Below are positions 39,140-53,105 of a stretch of DNA of 64,000 nucleotides, in pieces. Position 1 is the first letter of the stretch. Each line of letters starts with the position of its first letter. This DNA is from Utricularia gibba (lineage: Eukaryota; Plantae; Magnoliophyta). Where the stretch lies: the NCBI GenBank assembly GCA_002189035.1, contig NEEC01000012.1:620001-684000 (forward strand). Direction: 5' to 3'. The notes under the pieces were generated by a model, which did no database searches, was not told the DNA's origin, and saw nothing but the letters and a program-made list of their open reading frames with translations. The position numbers and the translations under genes were made by a program.

Positions 39140-39600
39140 TAGGAACTCAATTACATCCTATTTTGCATGTAAGATAAAGCCATGTAAAGGAGATTTGCTA
39201 CCTTGCAATTGCTACCCTAGATGCAATTTGCAAGAGAAGTTCAACTACAAGCCATTCTAGAGTCTTGGGACATTGCTAAATTGCAATCACTACCTGGATT
39301 GGGAGGGACTTTCACCTGCTGAAGCCACTTGGAAAGATCTTCGCCACCTTGGAGTATAAGTTTCTTGAATTTTTTAAATAGCATAAGCAAGTTGGGGACG
39401 TCAGGGATAAAAATCCACATTATGACAAGGGAAAAATTGATAGAAACACATGAAGTGAAAGATCTAGATCTTATTCATAGTCGAAGGAAACTAAAGACAC
39501 ACTTGAGAAGGAAATCGTGTAAGTTAGAAGGAAGTTTTAGCTACCTAAAGTGGGCCTATCAAGAATAGAGTAACCATTACTTCACAATGTAGAGAAGTCA
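39140..39600 (+). mobile_element. Chromovirus integrase C-terminus/chromodomain plus 3' LTR-like remnant
   Basis: GTQLHPILHV at 39142 and YLDWEGLSPAEATWKDL at 39291-39341. GTTAGAAGGAAGTTT at 39523 is identical to 15896-15910. Confidence 0.7.
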
Positions 39601-40305
39601 GCGTAAAAAAAGTTGAGATTTCTACCTGATTCAATTGTTTAACCTATGGCCAAATATGTTAACGTTGTATTTAATATTTATTTTACCATTTAGGCCTACT
39701 TCAGGCATAGTAAAATAGCAAGACAAACAAAAGCATGCAGACAAATAATAAAAGTTAAAGCCCCCACAGCATCATCACAAATTTTTTAAGTCTCTACAAT
39801 TCAGTCATAGATATTAAAGTAAGAAACTGTAATGATATAAAGTGAAACTAAATAAGCATTCAATATTATATCTGAAAGTAAGTAAAAATAAAAAATGTTC
39901 AAGATGCACAAATAAATTAAGGTTATATTCTTAATTCTATGTCACCTATTGTTTTTTGGTTCCATTCTATATCTATATTGAATGTTTGAAAGATATTATT
40001 CCCTCCTTTTTATTTTTTTCCATTTTCCCAAAAATATATCACTATTTTTATGTCATACTTTTTATAGTTGGAATTTAGAGATTATGGAATATTAAGATAA
40101 TTTATTATATCCCCTCCTCTTACATCATATCACCATCGACTCTTACATGTAAATTTATCTTGATTTATTTCAAAAAATTGATCTTATATTTAAGAAAAAA
40201 TTAAAGAACATAATATGTACTAAATATTTTAATTTTATAATGGACTAACAAGTAACATGTATTTTATTTCATCCTCGTAACAAGCATGTGTTGTGTGTAT
40301 ACTTA

Positions 40306-43300
40306 CTATTCACAATTCAGTCCGCAGATTTCAAGGACGACGCCATCCCCTCGGGACAGAAACGGATTTATTCGAACCCACAGCAATGAGAATATGGAAG
40401 CCAACAGAATGGACCAGACGATGAGGATAGTAGGAATCCTGTCTTGTCTCCCCATGAAACCTTTGAGGAAAGGATACAAATGCACGATCACCCAAAGGGC
40501 AAAGAGGAGCTTCCCAACGAGAGGCCCCCAAGATTCGTATCCATTGTTTATTGCATAAGATACGCCGACGGCGACTCCGATGATGTTAAAGATCATTAGA
40601 GTCAACGGAGGGATCAACACAGATGTCCATTTGAAGAGATAGAGCTCTGAAAATTCCCCGTCGTCAGCTACTTTAGATGTGACGGTGAATTTGGTGTTGA
40701 CCCCAGCTAAAACCTTGAGAAGACCTTGGATTAGAGCAAAGAACTGCGCTGAAACGCCTGACGTAACCCCAAACTGCTCGTTTCTCCACCAGTCATCTAT
40801 TCCAACACGGCCCCATTGCATTTCCAGAATACCGGTCACGGCCATGGATATGAAAAGCGCCATGAAGAGCAAGCATGCATAGTTACTTATCTGCATGAAC
40901 ACCACAGGCGTTAGGATTTGAGCTGTTTCTGTTTGATATCCGATGAGCTTGCAATCCACTAACCTGGGGGACGATGAATTTGCCGGTGAGCAAGCAGATG
41001 GCAGGTAAGGCACAGTAAACAATCAACGGAAGAGAGCTCAACGGGTACACCATCGAGTTTATGTATGAGAATCTCTCCAGCCGTTTGAGACCGCAGCCAT
41101 AGCCATACCAGATAGGACAGTGTCTGCTCAGTAAAATTTCAACTGACCCCAAGGCCCATCGAAGAACTTGATGCAGACGATCCGAAAGATTGATCGGAGC
41201 AGAACCCTTGAATGCTGCCCTTTTCGGCATACAGTACACGGATCGCCATCCATGGCAATGCATCTTGAATCCGGTCAATATATCCTCTGTGACGGAGCCG
41301 TAAATCCAACCGATCTGGAAATGGAAGAACCCGATAGGGCCAAGGTGATCGAGAGAGAAACATGTCATCGTTCGGCGTGATGGCATACCTCTTTTCCCCA
41401 GTCTGTTTTATCTTCATAGCCACAACTGATGACATGAATGGCTTCCTTCAGAAGTGATGCTGATGTTGCCTCTTGAGGTATTCCACCCTGCTCCAGAAGT
41501 GTTGAAGCAACAAAAACCGGGGATTGCCCGAATTTCTTCTCCAACTTTACGTGCGGCATAAGCGACGATCTTTCGTTTCCCTTCCCTGCAAGACATGATG
41601 AGAATCCTATGATGTAACTGTTCACATATGCGAGCACAAGAAACATAGATGACATGTCAAAATTTCTGGCCTTCATCTGCTTCCTCAAAATTCTCAAGAG
41701 CATGGATCTGTGGTGATGCCTCCCTGGATTTGGTTTTCCTCTTGCTTTCTTTAGATTTCCTGCTCTTCCTTCTCGAATCAAAGCAGCAGCAGCACCACCA
41801 TTTTGGCCAGCAGTTGCATGTTTTCCCTGGGGGCTTCACCTTTTTCGGGGGATCGTATCCATAGAGTGCTTGTCTCCTGAAGACACATCCAGTGCCGACA
41901 TAAATTGGACCTTGGATTCCATCAAGACCTTTCAGGTTTATCTGTCATAGATTGATCAAAATGTGAGTCTGAGCATAACACAGATACAAGAGCGACAGGG
42001 AACCTCAGAAATACATCGAAGAAGACAGCACTGCGATTCGAATATCTATCATGCCGATCAATCCCATCAAATCTCTGAGGAAACTGCACATAGCATATTT
42101 TCTTCCCAGACTGGGGATCCATCATGAAGCACATTGACTCCCTGAGAGCCTTGCTATTGTTTACATAGTGATCACAATCAACGTTCAGAATGTATGGGGC
42201 ATTGGAGATGACAGCTGAAACCCGAATCTGGAATAGCAATCAAAATCAAGATCATTATGGGAAGAAGAAAAAAGAAAAAGTCTAGGAAACAGGAAAACTA
42301 CCAAAGCATTCATTGCACCAGCCTTCTTATGGTGCTCATGTCCAGGCCTCTTTTCACGAGAGACGTATATGAGACGAGGCAGTTCGTTCCCTTCGATATC
42401 TTGGATGTCATTTTGCCCCAGGAAAACCTTTTACAAGAAAGAAATCATGATCACATTAATTCAAAGTGACAAGAAATGTCAAGCTTGTCATACTTGGATC
42501 ATTCCAGGGTGATCTCTGACATTATTTCCTGGCCAGGGAGTACCGTCTTGCATTGTCCAGCCGTCTTCTGGAACCTTTTGTGCCACCGCAACCAGAGCAT
42601 TTATTCGAACTTTGAACTCATCATACTCCCTCTGCGTCACAGGAAAAATCCACTTTCATACGTTTTCCTGGAAATTCTTGCCGAACAAGAGAAACGGCAC
42701 AGAAGAGTGATGCACCTTCATTGCACGCCTTTCCCTGACAAATGTTGGATCCACCTTGTTGTTCAAGTAATCAACTTTCTGAGCAAAGTACCATTCAGGA
42801 GCTCGGGGTTCGATGCTGTATTTTTTGCAAAATGGAACCCACTTCCTTGCAAACTCCGATGTTTCGGACAAAGCCTCAAAGGTGAGCATAGCTGCACCGT
42901 CATCAGACACATAGCAGGAAACCTTGTCGACGGGGTAGTCCACAGCAAGTATGGATAGAACAGTATTGGCTGTAATGAGTGGAGGTTCCTTCATCGGATC
43001 CACTGTACTCACAAATATGTCAATCGCAGCCAACTCCGAAGGCTTCCCCTCTTTCTCGTACCTGATGCAGCAAACAGATGAATGCCTCAAACTCATTGAA
43101 GAATGAAGGCACGGCAGAGCAAGAGAAATATATTTTAGGTACCTCAAGGAGAGCCTGTCTAAGTAAGTCTCTCTTTCAATGGGATACCATTTCGGGAACT
43201 GATCCAATATCCACGAGACAGCAAACCATATCTCACATATAATTGACGTCAACCATAATCCATATGCATCACGCACAGGATGAAGAATTCTATAGTGAAA

Positions 43301-45098
43301 AAACAATCCAAGAATGGCCAGACGAAGCAGAATGACCATTCTATAAGGATTTATCTTGCTTGATGGTATTGGTATTTTCCGGGAAAGTGGCTGCCTTCCT
43401 TCATCAGCCCTGAATCCAACCCCAGAAAAATGTCAAATGTAACAACATCAAAAAGATATTTCGGAGGAAATTTATGACATTAAATAGAGAGGACCAGTCT
43501 CTTCATTTGTTTGTCTAGTGTTGGTTAAGTTTTACGTTTTTTATCACCGTAGGAGGTCAGTAATGGTTACAAGCAACGTGGGCCTGACCACCGACACTGG
43601 ATCGTGAAGAAAAGAACGAAGGAAAAAGGGGTTACTTGGGTAAATCAGGATCATCGAGCCTCTCTGCATCAGCATTGAGTCCTTGATGCTTAACAACTTG
43701 AAGTTTCTCGTTCTGCTTTCTCTTCCATTCCTCCATTCTCTCCTTCCAAGCAACAGTGCCGTAACCATAAACTGCCAAGTCTTTCTTCGGATCCATGGGC
43801 CTGGGAGGCACTAAAAAATCGAACAAGGTTAGGACAGTGTTGATCTCGTGAGTGAAACTAAAAATCACCTACATGTGCCGGATGAATCCGTGAAGGGAAG
43901 CCCATAAATTCGCTTCCCAGCAGGAGGAATGTTGGGTGCATGCTTTTCGGCTGCATTGGTATGGTCCTTCAACAAGACCAGAAAGCTGATATCAGGGCTT
44001 GCAATGAAATGTCGTGATGTAAACGCCAACAAAGAGGTCAAATCTACCTCTTCACCGTAAGTAAGAAGTGGGATTTCAGAGTTAACAGCAGAAGGATCCA
44101 TTCCAGCGGGAATTGTGATCCCGGAAGCATTTCTGCCGATGTTAAAGCGAGAAGAGCCAACGGCCGGATCAGGAAAATGTTTATTGCCATCATAATCAAA
44201 CTCACGGTCCAAATCATCGAACTCGTCCTCGTCTTCATCTCCATCGACCCTCGGACTTCCTGGATTCGATAAAAGAAAAAAGAAAATTAACTGCCATTTG
44301 GAGAAGCATCTGAGACAGACGAATGGCTTACCCTTAATTCGCTTGTATCTGGTTTTGCATTGAGGGCAAGCTTGATTTCCTTCCCTACGTTCGTATTCAT
44401 AGCAAGCTCTGCATGCAGGAAATGCACATTCGTTGCAGGCAACGAATGTATCGCCATTAATGGTAAATTCAATCTCATCTCCACAAATCTGGCATCTCTG
44501 GCCACTTAACTCTTTCACAGAAGTCACCTGTCAAAATAATCGTTCACCCTTTAAAAAAATTGGGAAGAAAACTGAAGAACTTTGACTGGGACTTGTTGGA
44601 CCGAAAAGAGACGATGGCTTCAGTGCAATGGCACTGATGGGGGCTGCTGTCAACAAAAAAACGCGAGGAGCCGAGACTTAAAAAAAAGAGAAGAAGCCTT
44701 AATTGCAAAAGTTGGAACAAGACAAAAGAGGTAATCGATCTTTTTCGCAACAGAAAACTCGTCCTTCTGAAGAAAGGACTCTGGTTAACAACTTTGGACA
44801 CTCTGTCCACAAATTCTTTTAAGTCTCGGCACCTTGCTTTATTTTTGTTGAGAGCAGCCCCCATCAGTGCCATTGCACTGAAACCATCGTCTCTTTTCGA
44901 TCCAACAGGACTGACTTCAAACTGAAGTAATGCAGGCGTGAAAAATCAAGAAACTTCTGTGATTTTGAAAACACACACAAGAAATTCAAGGGGAATACGC
45001 AACTTCAAGTTACATACCTTTCCAATCTCATCGGCATTGATGACAACGAACTCATTTCTGCTGTGTGAACCAGCCAAAAGTCTCCCGTTGGTATGCAT
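40306..45098 (-). CDS. CESA6: Cellulose synthase A catalytic subunit, CESA6/2/5/9 class, 1083 aa
   Basis: 14 exons: 45098-45018, 44527-44332, 44259-44048, 43966-43873, 43810-43636, 43409-43143, 43061-42716, 42631-42494, 42427-42302, 42227-42015, 41941-41671, 41585-41389, 41314-40964, 40890-40306 (3252 nt, phases consistent). RING zinc finger and DDG, DCD, TED, QVLRW and FTVTSK motifs present. Intron 11 needs a GC donor; the exon 4 acceptor (AAG) is inferred. Confidence 0.93.
44595..44906 (-). repeat. Inverted repeat (foldback) inside CesA intron 1
   Basis: Arms ~44595-44684 and ~44817-44906. The outer 65 bp match at 62/65; the loop is ~130 nt. Confidence 0.95.
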
Positions 45099-48000
45099 TG
45101 CTGCCCACCGGCAGTTTCAAACTCCCTACTATAGCCCACTAACTGGTAACAAGGCGTGAGAATCAATGAAAAGAGGCAGCATTGACTGGCAAACACTTCA
45201 TCTCGATGCCCATTTGAAGAAACAGAGAAAGAATCAATGAGCCACGGGTTGTCCCGTCGTCTCTTCTTAAGGGCAATCTTCATATCGACAAAAATGACGG
45301 GAAAGAGACGTATGACGGACTCCGCAACACAAGACAACGATTTATTCATTTGGTGAAGTGAACGCCGGTTTTGGAATCCATAAAGTGCCCTCGTTTTCAG
45401 AACATAGTTTTGGTTTTACTTTTCCACCCGATTCTTCACTTGAGAAAGACTCTGGGTTCTTCACTCACCAAGAACGTGACACAAAGCGAGAAAAGAGAGT
45501 AGCAGAAAAAAAGGTTGTGCAGTAACCACGAAACAGAAGGAATACAAAAGAGACGGGTAAGAAGTGAATAAACAGCATGGAAGAAAACTACACTCCTATA
45601 GGGTCTCGAGCGGGGCTGGTTGTCGGGGTAAATTGGCTGTGTTATTGACAAAATACCCAGAAATAGTGTATTGCGTGTCAATAATTTTTTTTCAAAATAT
45701 CTATTCTTTTTTTTCTTCATTAAAACACCTCTAATTTTTTTTATTTCGAAAGTACTTATTATTTTGAAATTATTGTTCTAATTACTTATTTTTTTTCTTA
45801 AATGTTTGATATTGTATATTAACATAGATAAATTAGTTTATTTCAAAGTTATTGTTAATAAAAAAAAATATTTTTACGTATTAGCTCATTGATAAAGAAC
45901 AGAATCATAATTAAAAAATAGAAAACCTAAAATTATTGACAAAAAGTATTTGAACTAACACACTCATAATAAATCAAAATATTATAAAACCAAGTAACCA
46001 ACTAAGCTATTAAAATACAATAAATATCAAGGCATGGATACTACTTATATACATGATGTCATTTTATATCGTTATCAATAAACTATAGACAAAAATAGAT
46101 TTAACAAAATTCATGTAATATATTTTTCAAAATAATAATTGAATCATGAGTACTCATTGAATAACTCAATTTAATTTACAATCACAAATATTATTGATTT
46201 TTCAATATATAATTTAAAATGAGTCAAAATTAAACTAGTCATGGTTTTTCATAATTATTCTAAACTATTACAATTTAAGGGTATTTTTTCATTGATAGAT
46301 GAACAAAATATATATAAAATACATAATTATAATATTTGGTAACATCTCTAAATTTTTATGAATTAAAATAGAAAAATAGAAATGCTTTCAATTTTTGGAT
46401 TAAAATAGTTCAATTTAAAAAATAAAAATATTTGAATAATAAAGAATTCCTGTAAAACAAATACAGATATCTTAATCACAATATAAAATAATATAGTTAT
46501 CTTCATAACAATAAAATATCAACATGTAATTTGATAAAAAAATTCTATTATTTTGACAAAAAGTCCCAAAATACCAGCTTAATCTTTAACATTTATCTAA
46601 ACTTATATTTATGCATTTGTAAAATACCGGAAGTGCAACAATTTTTTGTAAATTAATTTTTAAACTTTATTTAATATTTTTAGTTATTAGTTTTTTAACT
46701 TTAAAAAATATATATTTTATAAAAAAATTTCCTACAAATTTATTTTTAATTATTATAATATATATAACATAAATTAACATTATTTTGAAATAATATTTGT
46801 TTTGAAAATATTATATGAAATATTTATAATGAGAATTAGTAATATTTGAAAATTTCATAGTCCTATTTGTATATTTCAATAAAATGATATATTTATTATT
46901 TAATATTTCATATTGGATATATTTTGTTTCCATCTAATTATCTAAAAAACCATTATTAGTTTGGTCTAGACTCATTAAATATTATTGCAAATGTAGTAGA
47001 GCATGTACAATGGTTTGATACAATTATATCATCCATAAAGATGCATGTCATTAATATACAAAATTGAACAATAATATTGAAGTGCATTCATTGAAAATCC
47101 CAAAACTCAAAATACTTTATGTAGCAAATTGTTACCGTCACCATTTATCAAGAAATCAAATTTTACTATTATTCTTGATTGTACTTATGCATCTCATGGA
47201 GATATCATTTTAATTATATTGCAGAACTTTTTTAAGTACGTACCATATTACATTTCATATAATGTCATTAGAAATGTTCATGCATGACAATAATATATCC
47301 GATAACCTCATTTATCTATAATAATCACTTGGACAACCTTTGCTATTAATTTAACTTAAAGTGAAGGAACCAAATGTAAGTTATATATTTCAAAGACAAG
47401 TATACATATTTTGTAAATAATCCTGATGTAAGTTTACACACATATACACCTTCAAATTTCGTAATTTTCCAAATATTAGTGGTGTTAAAAGTGCTTGGAA
47501 ATTCTAGATAATATTAACATACAAAACAATATGTAAAATCTAATAATTCCTAATACATGAAAAATTACTTCTAATTTTTTTATTTATCTATATTTTCTGT
47601 TATGTTACTATATTTAAATTATATACAAAATGCATTTGACTTTAGAAACCATATTAAATTTTTTTTTAATTATTTTCTAGAAAAAATTAAATTTGAGGTT
47701 ATCAAAGTGAAAACTTATTTCTAGATAGTTATATAACATTAAATGTTATACGTGCAATTTTCAAAAAAATAAAGCACTCATGAGTTTTCAATATTCCAAG
47801 TATTTTCTTGCATTTATTAAACTTTCAAATTTGAAATCTTTTTCATGTTATTATGTTTTGTTTTGCATATTTGCCTTCATTTGTCTTCTTTTTATTCATA
47901 ATATAACATTTATTACATTTTATTTGTTTATTTTTATATATTGATGTACTATACTATTTTTTTGAATTAAAATTTATTTATTTATTTATAAATTTTAATT

Positions 48001-51000
48001 TATTCATCATTTTCAAGAAATATTTATATTGTTAGTAGATAAGTAATAGTTTATACAATTATGTTTTTTATGAATATTATTAAAAAATTCATGTAAATTT
48101 TTTATTGTTAATGTTTGATCTTTTTTTTTAATTACATTAATTTTCTTACAAATTCGTGACTTATTCTTAATGTTTTATATATTGATATACATATATTTTT
48201 TGGATGAAAATTGTGGAGACATTCATATTCATTATTGTGTTTTGAAAGACTATGTCTGAATGGAAAGAATTGATGGTGTTGAAATCACGGATTTAGCTTC
48301 AAAAAGAATCGAAAATTGTGAATTTGATGTGTGTACTAAATATTTTCAATGTGACATCACAATCAACTACAAACATTCATTTATATTTCAAAGTCAAGTG
48401 GATTTATCTTTACACTAAATATTTTCTTCACTCTAATTTTCTAACACATGTAAGTAGGATTGTTTCATTATGGTGAAAGTAATGCATGAATCATATATTA
48501 CATGATGAATCAATTTCGTATGAGTGATATTATTGATAACCACACATATTTGGATTGCTAGAGATATGATAGGAGATCTTGATTAGATCGACATTAATGA
48601 AGATATGTTTTAATTATTATAATATTATTTTTTGTATTTTTTTTATAAATTTATGTTAATTTTTTTATATTTTTTCTATCATTTTACATTATTTAAAATT
48701 GTTTTATTTATTTCTATTAGGATATCAATGAGTTAGATGAAATGATCAAAAGTCATACTAGACATTTTTGACAATAATCACTAGAAATTTTTAATGTTGA
48801 AAATGTGCCATGAGACATTCCAAAACCCCATGATACTTCATTTTCATTAAATGTGAATATCCCATCTTAAATAGTTAAATTCAATTATAAATATTTACTC
48901 TCTATATACAAAAGTTACAATTGGAGTTATTGGAAAAGTAATTAGAATTGAAAGATTGATAATTATCCTTCACAACTATGAATAAACAACTGGAAGGTTT
49001 TTGTTTTAAAAAATATATATATATATATTGTAAATAAAGAACTAATTATGACCATTTTAAAAAATATATGTATTATAAGAAAAATGATAATTCAATCCAA
49101 AATCAATTACATAATTCTTCCGATTACTATAATCATTAATTAGAGTTACTAGGGAGCATACTTATAAATGATAACAAAAACTAATGCAAATTCTTACATA
49201 ATAAAAGAAAGTATTCTTAACAAACATAATAAAATAGAAAATCAGAATTAGTATCTTAACTTTTTTTAATACTTCCAATCCGAATACAAATGATATTAGA
49301 TTATGTGTTTTTACAAGTCTTTCAAAAAAAATTCCATTTGTAGGAATATAGAAATGTTGCATTATAAATCTATTTATAAAACATTAGAAAGTTGTTTAAA
49401 CCTAAAAAATAAAAATTAACTTATGAAATTCTTAACTAAAATCATTATTCAACTTTTTGTCGACATGTATGGTGAATCATCCATCAACAAAATGCTAGTA
49501 TATATATACCAACCATAAAAACATAATATTTTCATATTCTTTGAAGCTATTTTAATGAAATCATACTTGCCAACTTATTGAGGACTTGAAAATTTGTGGT
49601 GATGCATTTTCTCACATCTCATATAAATAGTAGGTTTGACACCTCTTCCATGAATACAAAATATAAATAAAAAAATAAATATAATATTTGTATTTTACCC
49701 TCCACGCAAGGACTAAAGTGCAATGTCGAAATATTGAGTATATCATTCCATAAACTCCCTATCATTTTATCGTAAAAACACTGAAATATAACATTTGTAA
49801 TAAACAAAATCATCTAATTGAAAACTAACAAAATATTGCAAATATGCGAAATGCTAAATGAATATCACTCTTACTCAATCATAAATCAAGTTGTAGGGAT
49901 ACTTTTATGCATACCAATGAATGATAAATAATATCTGCAAAAATGTTTGTCAAATATAACTAATTTCTACATTATTGAAATATAATTATTAAATTTACAA
50001 TATAAAAATTATCTAGATTCATACTACTTTAGTTATTATTTCATTGTCTTATTTTCAGCTATCCAATAAGTTGTATTTTCAACTATCACATTTGCGAATT
50101 GAATCATCGTCATCACTTCTACATTGATCATTCACATTATCATTTTTTTAAGTAATCATTTTTGTTTCACACCAAAATTTGTCCATATCCCATAATATAA
50201 GGATATGTGGTTAGATTGTAGTCCATAATTTTGTTTTCCCTTTCAAAAAAACAATATATTTAGCAATGTCATTCATTTTCAACATTTTAACACCTAACAA
50301 CAGACATAATTGAATTATATTAATAAAATCAAAACAATCAAAATAAAATTTAAAAACTACATATATCATAAAAATTTGTTAATATATAAAATATCTTGTA
50401 CTTTTTCAATAAGCTTTTTATGAGAGAAACTCATATAAAATTTGTCTGTCAATTATCTTAATCATTTCTTAGATACTTTACTATTTTGATTGTAAACTAA
50501 TTTTTTTTACATAATTTGAGAAAATCTTTATCCAAAACCTTATTTGAGGTTTAAGGTGAACGTTATTTAAATTACACCTTATTGAATATAATGATGAATT
50601 ACTGAAAATTTGTAACTAATTACAATTTTTTTGTATACATGAGTCAAATTTCAAATTGTAAGATGAATATATATGTATTGTTTTAAATTGAGTAATGAGG
50701 ATATGTCTCATTGTAAATAATTCTTTGATTTCAGTGTTTTCAATCGGAAAATGGGAAAACTATATGCTTATATTTGTCACAATACTAAATAAAATTTTTT
50801 TAGGCTTTTAAACAAACCAATCTTTTGTAATTTGACTATTTTGATTACATTTTTTTTATGCTGACTACTGTCTACATTGCTATATGTAATAAAAAATTAT
50901 TAAAAATTAATAGCTTGTTCATTATTCAACAAACTTTGCCATGATCATTCAACAACTTTGATGATTTCAAGTTTCAAGATCAATAAATTAGTTGGCATAT

Positions 51001-51229
51001 GTCATATTTTCACTAACATGCATTTGTAAGAAAATGACTCATTGATAATGAAAATGAGCTACCTAATATTGATTATACTCCTCATCAATAAAGAAAATAT
51101 CTTTGAAGCAAATTGAATTTGTAACTTGAAAAATAATAATTAATGAGTTCTAAACAGGTTTACATGATAGAGGAGGAGAAATGAGTAATCATGAAGTATA
51201 TATATATATATATTAATATGAATTAATAT

Positions 51230-52500
51230 TTAAGAAAGGTAATCTTTTTGAAGAGAAAGAAGATTTTCGAAGAGAAGTTAGAGGATTTTCAATAGAAATT
51301 GGAAATGCGTTTATCGTTGATGACTTGAGATATATTACAAACAAAACATTCAAAATTGTCATTGAAGTATTCATGCAACACATTATAAACAATCTAGAAA
51401 ATGAAAGATTTCAAAACTCATTATGCCTCAGACATGCAAACGGTTAGAGGTAAGATTTCAAAACTCATTATATGTTTAAGATTGCAAAGCTTTATATTGA
51501 AATAGACATTTGGATTAAAGTACCAACAATTAATATAACTTTATTGACTATAACTGGTTATGAAATTCAATATAAATATGCATAGTATGGAATAAGAAAG
51601 ATCTTTGAAAGGGTATATAACATATGGGAGAAATCAGACGAGAAATTTCCAACTTTCTTAAATGAAATTGCATTATAAAATCTAGATACCATATTCCAAT
51701 GGAAATATAGGGAAAACGGAGTCATGTTACACTTACTTTTGGATGTTTCGATCATGTATACATGCTTTCTAACACACCTATCGGGATATTTCGATCGATG
51801 CAATACATTTATATGTGACGTACAGACACAAAATGCTCAATACAGTGATTGTATCTCAATGTGGAAAGTTTTTGCCACTTCTCTTTACCATAGTATATGA
51901 AGAAGCTGATGTTTCTTGACTATGGTTTTCTGAGCTAATGGAAACTTGCATTACTTTAGAAAAATCTACGGGTTTGATTTCTGATCGATGTGACTCTATT
52001 CAAAAGACGACAACAAGAGTTACAATATTTATTAAGAATTCTAAGAATTTCATCATTATTACTTGTACTATCTTCGAATAAATTTCTTTAATAGGTTCAA
52101 ATTTGAGTCTATTCGAAAATTATTTCTTAAAGTATTATACACCCATTATAGAAAAATCCTACAATTATAAGTAAAAGCTCATAATAATAAACATCACGAC
52201 TTGGAATTATTTAATAAATGTGCCTCCCAACATGTGGACGATATCTCTCGAAAGTGGTCAAAAATATGAAACAATGACTATCAACTAAGTCGATGTTATG
52301 AATGGTATTCTCAAATAAGAGCAACATGTTATAGTTATATCATTGACCTAATTACTATTAATTTGAGTTTTATGTTTTAAATTTAACGAAAATTTTTGTA
52401 TGTAATAACACGCAGGCCACCTTTGTTCGATACAAGAAATATATTTCAAAAAATTTGGAATTGGCAACGAAGGAAAAAGCAAATATTTTTGACACAAGCA
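51230..52500 (+). mobile_element. MuDR/MULE transposase pseudogene in a very AT-rich block
   Basis: ...DISIDAIHLYVTYRHKML...KFLPLLFTIVYEE...S*LWF...GLISDR...MNGILK, matching the MULE DDE pattern (SIDGTHL, FPLAFAIVE, ISDR). Confidence 0.75.
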
Positions 52501-52557
52501 CAATGATTGTTTGAATATTGGAACAAATCCAATTCTTATTTGATAGTAGAAATTTAT

Positions 52558-53105
52558 GATCGTACGAATTATAGTTTGATAATGGAAAAATCGGCCAAGG
52601 GTAATCGGTTCCTAAAAGGCTGCCAAAAGAGATCCCGAGGAGATAATGCCAGACGACAGATCGACGTCTGTCAGAAATCTGACAGGTATAGCCATATGAC
52701 ATAGTTTGAAAAGCGGCTGAATTACGGCACAACAGGCGGCCGATATCTGAAAAGCGAGATCGTATAGCAGGAGCAGAAAGCAATCGATATTTGCAAACAC
52801 CAGAATTCTGTCAGAGTGAGCTCTCCTATAAATAGGAGGAATTATGATGAAAGGGGGGTTGAACAAAAAAAGATTTCTTCAATTTGTATTCTACTCTTCG
52901 CGATCTCCATCTAGTGAAACTCTTTTTCGGCTAGGTCCGGCAGCTCCGTGGTTTTTCCGCTTTCTGGCGATTTCCACGTAAAAAATCCTTGCTCATTCTT
53001 ATTTCAATCGCACCAACCATGAAGAACGTGACGAAGCGTGGCATTCCTGGCCGCGCCTATCACCTGAAATCGGCCTCCCATCGGATACCGATTTCACCCA
53101 TAACA
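52558..53105 (+). mobile_element. Tat-family solo-LTR-like element inserted at the MuDR relic
   Basis: cctataaata TATA, tttccacgtaaaaaatcc, ends atttcacccataaCA; homologous to 11527-12110. The 5' end is approximate. Confidence 0.75.

Noticed and set aside
41365-41941. Apparent frameshifts in CesA suggested by the ORF track (overlapping ORFs in different frames)
   Set aside because: Fully explained by introns 10-12 with consistent phases; all 14 exons join into one 1083-aa frame.
44544-44873. 109-aa ORF in CesA intron 1
   Set aside because: Starts at a non-ATG codon within the inverted repeat, has low-complexity composition and no recognisable homology.
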